Shown: positions 49,674 to 58,606 of the stretch, in pieces
Layout of the letters: the number at the start of each line of letters is the position of its first letter
How positions within the stretch are numbered: position 1 is the stretch's first letter
Origin: a virus
Strand: one strand, 5' to 3'
IMG/VR virus record: IMGVR_UViG_3300005573_000064
Location: 53,565 to 117,564 of that record
Length of the DNA: 64,000 bases
Made by a program: the position numbers and the translations under genes
Notes under the pieces: generated by a model
The model's input: only the letters and a program-made list of their open reading frames with translations
What the model was told of the DNA's origin: nothing
Database searches by the model: none

Positions 49674-49994
49674 ATGTATACATACTTGAGTAATGCGTTC
49701 TCCATCCAAATGCTGGATGGAGACGTCACTGTCTCCTTCGCACGAATTAGTGCGGAGGAGGCTCGAGAGATATTATCCTATGGCTTTACATCGGCCATAG
49801 GACACCCGGACACCGCGAATGTGGTGTCGGGGATCTTGAGGATACCGGTACCCGTTAACCGGATATCGGTGAAATTAGGCAATGACGATCGGTTAATCGT
49901 GGCTCAGTATGTTGGGCCACGATTGCCGGAGGGGGCGACAGAGCTCCCTTCGGGAGCGCGGATAGAATTCTACAAGGTCGTTCTGTCCAAGTGA
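49674..49994 (+). CDS. acrIII-1: DUF1874 / AcrIII-1 family viral ring nuclease (anti-type III CRISPR)
   Basis: YLSNAFSIQML, SAIGHPDTA (catalytic His), NRISVKL, PRLPEG. Confidence 0.88.
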   Translation: MYTYLSNAFSIQMLDGDVTVSFARISAEEAREILSYGFTSAIGHPDTANVVSGILRIPVPVNRISVKLGNDDRLIVAQYVGPRLPEGATELPSGARIEFYKVVLSK

Positions 49995-50135
49995 CGGGAC
50001 GGCCAAGATCAATTTACGAGAGGGACCGGTTGGAAAACCGGTTCCTTTCGTGTCCGAGAGTTACAAGTAACTCTCGTCTTTTCAATTCATACAATTCATA
50101 GGGGTTAAGGAGCCCCGGAAAGGACAGTTAGAAAA

Positions 50136-50879
50136 ATGTACGAGTTTATTAAGAAGTCCGAGCAGCCCGAGTGGTTGAGGGCGGCTCTAAAGGAAGTTGC
50201 TGGAAACTCGCTGGACGGCAGAGTTTACGTGATCAAGCCGTCCACTGGATCGAATGACCCCGATTATGGGGTCGACATTGATCCCGTTCTTCAGGGTGCG
50301 GTTACCCTGATGAACAAAGTTCGGGTTGAGTTTAGCGGGGAGTTCTTCCTCGCCACGCAACTCGAACGAGTAGGGCAGGCCGCAAGACCGGTCTGCCGGT
50401 GCATCGTACAAGCCAAAGAGGGTGCAGCTCGCTTCCCGGTCATCAATGGCCGGTTCGGGCTGTTCCCACAATCGTTGCTCATCCGTTCGAGCAACGTTAT
50501 AGCAATATTGGAAACTCCGGAGGCAAAGTTGAAGTCTCTGCTGTCCGGTGGCAAGTTAATTGACCCGAACGGGATTTATGCATCCCTTCGGGCGATTGAA
50601 GAGTGGAAGCAGTTCTACTCTTCATACGCAAGAAAGAATGGTCAGTATTGGAACTGGCTTGGCGTGTCTCTAACGCCATCCAGTAGGTCAGTACTGGCCC
50701 AAGCTTCCGCCCAAGTGGCGGATGTCGTGATTAAAATCGGAGGGGCTGAATACCCCTTCGTGCCTAGCATTAATACTCGGACGGTGGCACCGGAAACACC
50801 GGTGTTACCGTTCGAGGAAATACCGGAGCGCGCTTTCGAAGCTGACGCTCCGGAAGTGAAGCAGGGGGTATTGGGATAA
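50136..50879 (+). CDS. Hypothetical protein (247 aa) directly upstream of the RNAP genes
   Basis: Hairpin-GGAAAGGA leader; GAGTTACAAGTAACTC palindrome at 50055-50076. Confidence 0.75.
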   Translation: MYEFIKKSEQPEWLRAALKEVAGNSLDGRVYVIKPSTGSNDPDYGVDIDPVLQGAVTLMNKVRVEFSGEFFLATQLERVGQAARPVCRCIVQAKEGAARFPVINGRFGLFPQSLLIRSSNVIAILETPEAKLKSLLSGGKLIDPNGIYASLRAIEEWKQFYSSYARKNGQYWNWLGVSLTPSSRSVLAQASAQVADVVIKIGGAEYPFVPSINTRTVAPETPVLPFEEIPERAFEADAPEVKQGVLG

Positions 50880-50951
50880 TACCCCTTTTGGTAACTGGAA
50901 AGGATCAGTCCACGGAAGGATTGATCCTTTCCTTTTTCGAGAGATGGAGGT

Positions 50952-52544
50952 ATGATGATGCCTCAGGAGTTCTTTGTAAAAGAACCCTCCCTGTGCCCCA
51001 GGGAGGGTAACGTGTTCACCATTCGGATTGACAATCCGGAAAAGCTGGTGAACACGGTTCTTCACCAGATCGCAAGACCGGAAGAAATTCCGGTCTTTAA
51101 AATCGGGGGAGCTCGAGTGAAGCTTCCCCCGATCGAAGTTTTCGGCCTCATCCCGCAGGATTTGTGGGACGGGGAAGGGCATAAAGTCGGGACGGTTGTG
51201 GAACTGCCCGACAGCTTGCGGGCTCTCGACACCCTGCTTGGAAATGTTAAAGCAGGGCGGTTGAGCGAGGGGCAGAGAGATCGGGCTCTGTCCTTGGTAT
51301 TGGGCGGTATGAAAGCTCATGTGTATGAGCTTACCCATCCCCGCGTTAAAACCCCCGGGCTGATGGGCTTCGCCCTTGGGGCGGACAGTCAGCTCGGGGA
51401 GAAAGAAATAGCAATCAGCTCCCGCCAAGCGGGAAGACTGATTGCAAAGTTATTTCGCACCGGAGACAGGGGCGGCCTACTCGAGTATTTGCTTACTCGG
51501 GTTGAGCCGTTCCTGGCGCTGGCGGGGCGCGACCTGTCCTCCAGGCTTCGTTCCGGTGCGCGCCCGAGCGAGGAGGACAGGAAAGTAATCCGTCAAATAG
51601 CCCTCGGGCTCGATGGGGTGGCTGTCTTTGGCGTTCGATATCCGAATGCCAGCAGTACGTCCCACGAGCTGAAGACGCTCCGGATTTATAAAGGAGCGCC
51701 CGGGGACTATATTTATATCTCCCCAGTCGCCCTGGTGCGGAGGCATCAGGGCGATTGTGATGGGGACCGTCTGGGAATTCACTTCGTCCCCCGTGTGGTG
51801 GACGGGGTGACCAAGTCCCCGCATCCCCTCATTTGGAGACGCGAATATCAAAGCGCGCATTCCGCTTTCAATCTTGACGATTTAGTTGTCCCCGAGGGGA
51901 AATCCGACCTTGAAATCATGGCCGGGTTCTCCGAGCGGGGCCGGTGGGTCGGGATGCTCACCTATAATTTCTGGCTTCTCTTCCTAGCGCTTTCCAATCA
52001 TTGGAGGGAGCTAGGAATGGAGGCACCGGACAAGCTCTGTCCGGTTGTCCTTGACCTATTCACGCCTCTGGTCGAGGGCGTCATGAACGCCCGAAAGGGC
52101 CAAGGGGCCGGTACGATAGATGGCGAGAGCCTGGCCGCTCAGGTCTGCGAGATGTTCGCAGGCCAACGAGATATGGACAGGGTTCTCGCCCGTCTTCCCA
52201 TGAAGGAAGACGAAAGTGAATATGATGAGGAGAAGTTCTCCAAGTCTCAGTTAAGATTTCTGAGACGAGGGCTTCTCCTCGTCTCCGGGGGGAACCAACG
52301 GGTTCGGTTGAATGCGGCCAATGCCGCGTGTTCGGACCCGGTTCGCCTCGCATTCGCCCTCCGGTTCAAAGAGAGGGCGATGAAAATGCTAATAAACCAA
52401 ATCGGAGAGCGGAGCCTCTCCGAAACTATCCTAAATAGCTTGCTGGTCCAAGGCAAGCTTCCGTGGAAGGCCGGCAGGACGCTGACCTTCGCGGATGTCA
52501 ATGGAACCTCGGCTGATTTCATATCGGCCGAGGAGGAGTTTTAG
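50952..52544 (+). CDS. Two-barrel RNA polymerase, beta'-like catalytic subunit
   Basis: EIAIS, VFGVRYP (RxP), IYISP..RHQGDCDGDRL (DxDGD at 51753-51767), later VGMLTY and VMNARK. Confidence 0.8.
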   Translation: MMMPQEFFVKEPSLCPREGNVFTIRIDNPEKLVNTVLHQIARPEEIPVFKIGGARVKLPPIEVFGLIPQDLWDGEGHKVGTVVELPDSLRALDTLLGNVKAGRLSEGQRDRALSLVLGGMKAHVYELTHPRVKTPGLMGFALGADSQLGEKEIAISSRQAGRLIAKLFRTGDRGGLLEYLLTRVEPFLALAGRDLSSRLRSGARPSEEDRKVIRQIALGLDGVAVFGVRYPNASSTSHELKTLRIYKGAPGDYIYISPVALVRRHQGDCDGDRLGIHFVPRVVDGVTKSPHPLIWRREYQSAHSAFNLDDLVVPEGKSDLEIMAGFSERGRWVGMLTYNFWLLFLALSNHWRELGMEAPDKLCPVVLDLFTPLVEGVMNARKGQGAGTIDGESLAAQVCEMFAGQRDMDRVLARLPMKEDESEYDEEKFSKSQLRFLRRGLLLVSGGNQRVRLNAANAACSDPVRLAFALRFKERAMKMLINQIGERSLSETILNSLLVQGKLPWKAGRTLTFADVNGTSADFISAEEEF

Positions 52545-52546
52545 TC

Positions 52547-54454
52547 ATGAAGAACATGAAAATTCACTCATTTAAGGAAGCCCTCGGCTTCCTTGAAAAA
52601 GCGGGGATAAAGTTCACCCCGCTAACGGGTGTAAGAGGTGACATCGATACGGTCGATGTCATCTATCGAGGGGTTCGTTTTCCCCTCATAGTCCCGACTG
52701 TCACTCCTTTAGGAGACGACACGTTCGGGGAGATTGTTGAGGTCGGAGAGGCCCATGAAGGCCCCGATGGCCTCGTTAGAACGCGTAGGATATTTCATCC
52801 TACGCTAAATAACTCCGAAGTCAGGAAGCTTCGGAGATTTATGGCAGAGGAGGACGTAAAATCCGTCCTCGCTTCCGGAAGCTGGTTCGTTACAGGCTTC
52901 TGGAACGCATATGCGGAGGCGCTCGCGAAGGCGCACTTCTCCGCTGAAGCGATGCCGAGGCTTAGCTCCTCGTGGGCGGCTAGCCTCTTCAACAAGAATG
53001 TTCAGATTTTGCTGGCTTCTCTCGAGCTAGTAAAATCCGATGCCCACGCCCAGGCCCATGGACGGGTTTGGGTTCTCGCGTATCCCGGAAGGGATACAGC
53101 TCAGTCTCATGGAGGAGCGATAATCTCCGACCGCCTCAGCCCGGAGGTGGTCGAATATACTAGAAGGGCTTTCCACAAATTCGCAGCGGAACATCGTTGC
53201 GATATTATCACCACCGGGAAGGGCCACCCCGGTCGGAAGGTTGTATTCGCCCCGAAAGGGGTGAGCCCGAGCCTCTCAAGGCTCTGGGTCTGGCCGAATT
53301 TTGGCTGTCAAGCGCGGTCGCCACGTGAAATGTTCACTGGCGTCCCGAACGCCCAACAGTTTGTTAACGACCGAGGCGTTACGCCTCGGGTGACCTCCCT
53401 TGAGGGAGGGCCGGACTTCCTATCCGGTCGCATAAAATTCGTCAATGCTGCATTTCTAAGCTTTGACGAAGTAGTAACAAAAGATCCGGACGGGAAACCG
53501 TTGAATGTTGACCAGGTCCTTGGTACGGGCTGGTCCCACATCGATGGCATGTTCGATAGCCATCGAGACGAAACGCTCCTCGTCCCGTTCAAGGGCGAGA
53601 GCGTGGAGGATATTAAAGCCGCCTTCGGGACGGAATATGTCACGAAGGTATCCCGTCCCGTAGGGAACCTCCAGGAGGTTTCCTGGCAGATTATAAGAAG
53701 GGCAACAAATAGGTCCTCAAGAGGGTGGAAGGCCCTCAATCCGGACGCGGTAAAGGGGATGGTCATCCCTGAGCGCGCCCTATTACTAGAGAAGCGGGAT
53801 AATGAGGACTTCTTCCGTCCGATTTATCTAGTCTTCGCGAGCGAGGCGGTTGTGAAGAAGGAGGCGTCTCGCTCTGTATTGCGGATGCTGGCGTCCCGGC
53901 TTCCGCAACCCAAGCAGTTCGACCCTGCAACCCCAAGGGAGAAATTTGGGGAGGTTCTTGCGGGGATACGGGGGGAGCTGAAAGAGATAGGGGATAGCGG
54001 ATATTCCCGGATCTTCCGCCTTCTCCCGGTGCTCCACGATGAGCACGAGCTAATCAAATCCGCCCTTGAGGTGAAGGTCCTTGGCTTCACCGAGGGGGTG
54101 GATGAAGCAGGAGAGCCGATCATTCTCCCGATAGGGGAGAATGAAGTCGGCACGCTCCATGGCGGCCTCGTCCCCGTCATGGATGGAACGTCCGAAGCTA
54201 AGGCGGTGGTTGGCGAAATGCCAATCATGCGGATGCCGGAGGACGAACAGTTCGGAGAAGAACTCCGGCTGGATGTGTTACATAACGGGATCCGAATGGA
54301 CCCGTTTATGGTTCTGGGGAAGGACGAGCTCGAATTCCCCAAGGATGAAAAGATATCGGAGCTTCTGGACTTCGAAGCTCGTCTGGCTCGGGCGATCGAG
54401 CAGCAGCCGGTAATGGCCGCTCGTGAACTCGAAGCGGAGGACTGGCTTTCGTAG
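52547..54454 (+). CDS. Two-barrel RNA polymerase, beta-like subunit
   Basis: GWSHIDGM (cf. GYNFEDS), GWKALNPDAVKGMV (cf. GDKx7KGV), PIYLVFASEAV (cf. PVDIVLNP); starts 2 bp after the DxDGD gene. Confidence 0.65.
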   Translation: MKNMKIHSFKEALGFLEKAGIKFTPLTGVRGDIDTVDVIYRGVRFPLIVPTVTPLGDDTFGEIVEVGEAHEGPDGLVRTRRIFHPTLNNSEVRKLRRFMAEEDVKSVLASGSWFVTGFWNAYAEALAKAHFSAEAMPRLSSSWAASLFNKNVQILLASLELVKSDAHAQAHGRVWVLAYPGRDTAQSHGGAIISDRLSPEVVEYTRRAFHKFAAEHRCDIITTGKGHPGRKVVFAPKGVSPSLSRLWVWPNFGCQARSPREMFTGVPNAQQFVNDRGVTPRVTSLEGGPDFLSGRIKFVNAAFLSFDEVVTKDPDGKPLNVDQVLGTGWSHIDGMFDSHRDETLLVPFKGESVEDIKAAFGTEYVTKVSRPVGNLQEVSWQIIRRATNRSSRGWKALNPDAVKGMVIPERALLLEKRDNEDFFRPIYLVFASEAVVKKEASRSVLRMLASRLPQPKQFDPATPREKFGEVLAGIRGELKEIGDSGYSRIFRLLPVLHDEHELIKSALEVKVLGFTEGVDEAGEPIILPIGENEVGTLHGGLVPVMDGTSEAKAVVGEMPIMRMPEDEQFGEELRLDVLHNGIRMDPFMVLGKDELEFPKDEKISELLDFEARLARAIEQQPVMAARELEAEDWLS

Positions 54455-54554
54455 CCCAAAGCTCCACTTATGATGTTAAAATGTTTTCATAAATCGCCAC
54501 CGGAGAGTTGGCCAGGGGCTCGCATCTGCGAGACCACTCTTCCGGTTGGCGATG

Positions 54555-54603
54555 AAATGGCGATCCTGCGTCTCGTGAGGGATGCAGGGTCGCCATTTTT
54601 TTT
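54555..54603 (+). terminator. Strong intrinsic terminator
   Basis: AAATGGCGATCCTGCGTCTC-gtga-GGGATGCAGGGTCGCCATTT followed by a T-run. Confidence 0.85.
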
Positions 54604-54723
54604 GCGGCCTGCGGGAAGGGACTGGCATTAAGCCGAGTCTCGAAATCCGGAAGCCGCCCGCTGAGTTTGAAATCGATTACTTGAGTAATCCTTCCGAGGA
54701 ATTACTTGAGTAATTTTTTAATA

Positions 54724-54880
54724 AGATTTGGAAAGTGAAAGGAAGTCCCGGACTGCAGGCGTGAGTGAAAAGTCTCTCGCCTCTGTCCGGCCCGTGATCG
54801 GAGCGGGAAAACGGGAGGGACACGATGAAAGGGAGCATTGGATGCGTTCGAGTCGCGCCCATCTGTCCCTCTCTTCCGAT
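54724..54880 (+). ncRNA. Putative structured ncRNA, copy 1, with a T-loop module
   Basis: Multi-stem fold that covaries with copy 2; GCG-TTCGAGT-CGC T-arm. Confidence 0.65.
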
Positions 54881-54890
54881 ACGCAATTAT

Positions 54891-55053
54891 AGATTTGGCA
54901 AGTGAAAGGAAGTTCCGGGTGTCGTGCGCGATGGGTGAAATATCCCCTCGCCTCCGCGCCCCGGCCCGTGATCGGAGCGGGAAAACGGGAGGAGCGGGAT
55001 GAAGGGAGCATTGGATGCGTTCGAGTCGCGCCCATCCTCTCCTCTCTTCCGAT
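54891..55053 (+). ncRNA. Putative structured ncRNA, copy 2
   Basis: Junctions and most loops match copy 1; stems show compensatory changes. Confidence 0.65.
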
Positions 55054-55100
55054 GATTTGGAATACAATATCTGACATAATATTAATTGGAGTGAATTGGA

Positions 55101-55517
55101 ATGGAAAAGACAACTGTTATGGAAGATAGGGTCGTCAAAGTTGGCGACTGGTGGGATGGAGCGAAGCACATTGAATGCTTCGCCATAGAGCACCCGAGCG
55201 GATGGGAGATTGAGAAGCGGGTGACACGGTGCATGCCGCATGTGCGCTATCAATCCCTGAATGAAGTGGCTCAGGCCGTCCGAACCCTTTCGGAGGGCAA
55301 GGCCGTCATCCATGAACTCATGGGTGAATATACCGCCCCTGATGGCTTGCGGCTGAATATCTACGCACGCCCCTTGGCGGAAAACCTATGGGGCGTGGAG
55401 ATAGAGAAGACCGGAAAGTCGGAATGGCATCCGGACACCTTCTCTAGTCTGTCAGAAATTAAGGAAATGTTAGGAAGCGGGAAGTTGTTTCCCGCTAATG
55501 AGCCAAGCCGGGTATAA
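55101..55517 (+). CDS. Hypothetical protein, family B copy 1
   Basis: Paralog of 57473..57877 (GW.I.K, Y.S, G.. IYA.P...WGVE, F.SL). Confidence 0.75.
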   Translation: MEKTTVMEDRVVKVGDWWDGAKHIECFAIEHPSGWEIEKRVTRCMPHVRYQSLNEVAQAVRTLSEGKAVIHELMGEYTAPDGLRLNIYARPLAENLWGVEIEKTGKSEWHPDTFSSLSEIKEMLGSGKLFPANEPSRV

Positions 55518-55601
55518 GGAAAGACGACTTGGCTGAAATTTTTAGCTACTAGGGCGTTCGTATCGGACCAAATAGTCCGGGCGCCCGGAAAGGACGATAA
55601 A

Positions 55602-55826
55602 ATGCATAGATTAGCCTTTTTGGTGGGAGTTGTGATGCTTTCACTCGTTGGACTCGTAATCGTGCTGTTGATTATTCAGCACTTTACGAATCGCAAGCCG
55701 CTTAGAGAGACGGTTGATGCGATAAAGGCTGTAGTTACGGCCTTCAAGGATGGAGCGAAGGCTGGATGGAACTCGACAAAGCAGCCGAACGCTCCCTCAG
55801 GAGCTCCGGCCGCTGGCAAGGCCTGA
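55602..55826 (+). CDS. Family A copy 4 (distant)
   Basis: M.R..FLVG TM segment..FT.RKPL..GAKA; hairpin-GGAAAGGA leader. Confidence 0.75.
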   Translation: MHRLAFLVGVVMLSLVGLVIVLLIIQHFTNRKPLRETVDAIKAVVTAFKDGAKAGWNSTKQPNAPSGAPAAGKA

Positions 55827-56005
55827 AAATCGAGGCGAATACCCCTCCGGGGGTTGATTTTAACGAGGCATCGGGTTGGGCGACCCCCGGTGCCTCTTTT
55901 TTTATTGGAACGGGCTATTTTTCACCGGATCCAACATATATGGAGCTCAATATTCTAACTCCATATATGTTGGGGCCGAGAACCGCCCGAATCAAGGAGA
56001 AAATT

Positions 56006-56608
56006 ATGGAAATCAAGGGATTTTCCGAGCCGAAAGGCCTTATCGGATCGAAGGATGCGAGACGAAGCGATCCGAACAACCAACTTTTCGGTACGCTCGT
56101 CAGAATTAAGAGAAAAGGAGCTCTTCTGGCCTTCAGGGAGCTGAAAAACAAGTGGGAGGGGATGAAATCCGCCTTCCACGATGTTATTTCGGGGATTTCA
56201 GCCGCCCATCGGGCGGAAATCGAGGACTCCTTCGAGGATTTGCTGGTCTGGATAATGACGGACCTGGATTTCCTCAAGGAATCGTACGAAAAACTGGAAA
56301 GAGCGGACAATTTGGAGGATTTGGCCCTCCGAACCCGGGAATATGACTCCAGAAACCAAAAATTGTCATTGGATGTCGAGAAAATGATAGTTCTTACTGG
56401 CGATTTGTATGATTATGTTGAGGATGTTCGGTATTTCTACGTAATCGAGGCCATAATCGCCACAATAGGGGGATTTCTGGGTGATTTGAACAAAATGTTT
56501 GAGTGGACGGAGGAGATCGTACGGGAAACGACATTAAGACTGGCCATTGAAAAGGCCCAAAGCGCCCTGTCGAAGGGTTCCGCGCTCAAAACCGATGTTT
56601 TATGGTGA
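56006..56608 (+). CDS. Helical hypothetical protein (~200 aa)
   Basis: Start revised to MEIKG (AAGGAG RBS), downstream of a terminator at ~55845-55904. Confidence 0.7.
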   Translation: MEIKGFSEPKGLIGSKDARRSDPNNQLFGTLVRIKRKGALLAFRELKNKWEGMKSAFHDVISGISAAHRAEIEDSFEDLLVWIMTDLDFLKESYEKLERADNLEDLALRTREYDSRNQKLSLDVEKMIVLTGDLYDYVEDVRYFYVIEAIIATIGGFLGDLNKMFEWTEEIVRETTLRLAIEKAQSALSKGSALKTDVLW

Positions 56609-56641
56609 TTATTAACGCAAAACCGCGTAAGCGGTTCTCAC

Positions 56642-56968
56642 TTGATGAAAGGATGTGAAATGATGACTGTTTTATTTGATATTTTCGCTGTTACTGCCCT
56701 GATCCTTTCGATTTTAGGGCTTCGCAATGCGAAAATAACGAAGCCAAAGGAGGAAAAGGGAAGCGGAAAGCGCCTGACGCTCGAAGTCAAGGACGGGACG
56801 CTTACTATGGGCACCGATACGGGCTATTCGGTGATCATTCCAGGTGAAAATCTGTCTGAAAAGTCCCTGAAACTTGAAATTACGCACTCGGAGGAGGGCG
56901 TAAGCGTGCGAGCGGGGGACGCTTCCGTTGAAAAGGGGACAGGGAAGAGCAAAAATCTTCTGCTGTAG
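56642..56968 (+). CDS. TM-anchored small protein
   Basis: N-terminal TM segment; AAAGGA RBS near 56650. Confidence 0.65.
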   Translation: MMKGCEMMTVLFDIFAVTALILSILGLRNAKITKPKEEKGSGKRLTLEVKDGTLTMGTDTGYSVIIPGENLSEKSLKLEITHSEEGVSVRAGDASVEKGTGKSKNLLL

Positions 56969-57025
56969 CCCGAATTTTTACTAAAAAGACCGAATTTTTG
57001 GATTCGGAGAAAGGAAAAAAGAGAA

Positions 57026-57217
57026 ATGCTTGACTTTGACAAACTAAAAGCCCGAATAGGGCGCGAGAACAAACTGCTTGGGAGGGTTGGAAGAAAAAAT
57101 CAGCGGCTCGAGGCGCTTACGGAGGAACTGAAGGCCGCGATAGCGGACCTTGAGAGGAACATAGCCGAGGCCGAGGAGGCTATAAGGGAGTACGTAAGCT
57201 ATGAGAGTGAGAATTAG
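57026..57217 (+). CDS. Coiled-coil protein (63 aa)
   Basis: Heptad pattern; GAAAGGA RBS. Confidence 0.65.
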   Translation: MLDFDKLKARIGRENKLLGRVGRKNQRLEALTEELKAAIADLERNIAEAEEAIREYVSYESEN

Positions 57218-57419
57218 GCGAATTCCAGTGTTTCCGAACACAAACATGCCGATTTATCGGAGGCCTATCGCTTGCATACGGAATGCCGAGGGCGTCCGGG
57301 CTTTAATCCTTGCGGGATTCGGCTGGAGAGTGGATATTGGGAACGAAAAGCACTTTGTGATTCAGGAGGATATGGAGAGGCGTGCCGAAATCATACTCGG
57401 CATCCTCTCCGGTGAATAA
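57201..57419 (+). CDS. Hypothetical protein (72 aa)
   Basis: Overlaps the previous ORF; GGGAG RBS. Confidence 0.55.
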   Translation: MRVRIRRIPVFPNTNMPIYRRPIACIRNAEGVRALILAGFGWRVDIGNEKHFVIQEDMERRAEIILGILSGE

Positions 57420-57472
57420 CTTAAGGCGACTGAGAGCCTTTTATGAAAATTCGAGAAAGGAGGTGAGGCTTT

Positions 57473-57877
57473 ATGCCGGTTATGAAACCGATAAAGGTGG
57501 CCGAGAAGTTCTCCGAGGATGGAAATAGGAGAACGGAATATTATGCCGTCCGGTATTTGGACGGTTGGAAGATTCAAAAAATAATTACAAAAAGGAAGGA
57601 GGATGTGAGTTACAAGTCCTACGAGGACGCGGTGGACGTCATCCAGGCTATGGGCCGAAACCTGACAATGTTCGAGTTCATAGGTGACTTCACCAATGAA
57701 TATGGGCGAACCGTGCCTATTTACGCGACACCGATAGATGATGGAATGTGGGGCGTGGAGTACGGAAGAGCGGGGACTATTGAGAGGGAGTCAATGGCTT
57801 TTGAAAGTCTGGATGCGGTAAGAGAGTGGGCCGAGTGGAAGTATGCGAAGAGTAATTTTCGGTCTTACACTCCCTGA
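57473..57877 (+). CDS. Hypothetical protein, family B copy 2
   Basis: AAAGGAGGTG RBS; paralog of 55101..55517. Confidence 0.8.
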   Translation: MPVMKPIKVAEKFSEDGNRRTEYYAVRYLDGWKIQKIITKRKEDVSYKSYEDAVDVIQAMGRNLTMFEFIGDFTNEYGRTVPIYATPIDDGMWGVEYGRAGTIERESMAFESLDAVREWAEWKYAKSNFRSYTP

Positions 57878-57898
57878 CACATTACGAAAGAGACGATA

Positions 57899-58606
57899 AT
57901 GACTAGGAAGGCGACAGCGGCCCTCATTCCCGTCAGTGAGAATATGTTAATAGATATTATTAATAATCACCGGGGGAGTGGCCGGGCTCATTGCGAGAAC
58001 GAGGTGCCGCTTGATTTGACGAGACATGACCTGAGCGGCCTTGATTTGTCGGGTTTGGACCTGAGAAAATGCATTCTGTACGGGTGCAACCTAACTGGAA
58101 GCGGTCTCAGGGGGTCTAATTTGTATAGGGCGGACCTAAGGAAGGTTACCGCGCCTGGTGCAATCTTTGACGGTGCGGTTCTGGTAGGGGCGAAGCTTGA
58201 CGGAGCCATGCTTCGGGAGGCGTCCTTCAGAAACGCGAAGCTGACGAAGGCGGTGCTGACGGGTGCGGTTCTGTGTGACGCGGTTCTTGACGGGGCGTGC
58301 ATGTTCAAAAGCCGGCTGAGAAAAGCGGACCTCACCCGCGCCAGCTTGAAGGGGGCGGACATGTCGTTTTCCGACATAATCGGAGCCATGTTCGCAAACG
58401 CCATCCTTGACGGCTCCGTTATGCTTGACGTGCGCGCCTATCATGCCGACTTCACCCGCGCCAGCCTGAGAAACGTGATGCTTTCATCGAATAGCTATTG
58501 CTGCCCCAATATCGAGACGGCCGACTTTACGGGCGCTGAGATTGAGGGCTTCGTTGACGGCTTCGCGGAAACTGTTTTGAGGAAGGCGTGCGCATTACCT
58601 AAGTAA
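57899..58606 (+). CDS. Pentapeptide repeat protein
   Basis: A(D/N)Lxx repeats throughout. Confidence 0.92.
   Translation: MTRKATAALIPVSENMLIDIINNHRGSGRAHCENEVPLDLTRHDLSGLDLSGLDLRKCILYGCNLTGSGLRGSNLYRADLRKVTAPGAIFDGAVLVGAKLDGAMLREASFRNAKLTKAVLTGAVLCDAVLDGACMFKSRLRKADLTRASLKGADMSFSDIIGAMFANAILDGSVMLDVRAYHADFTRASLRNVMLSSNSYCCPNIETADFTGAEIEGFVDGFAETVLRKACALPK

Noticed and set aside
54831-54863. tRNA gene
   Set aside because: A T-arm is present but there is no anticodon arm, 7-bp acceptor stem or CCA; kept as an ncRNA module.
54677-55313. ORFs across the tandem ncRNA region
   Set aside because: Differences between the copies include indels and preserve base pairing rather than a protein sequence.
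55766-56005. N-terminal extension of the 280-aa ORF
   Set aside because: It overlaps the family A gene and a terminator; a better RBS sits at 56006.
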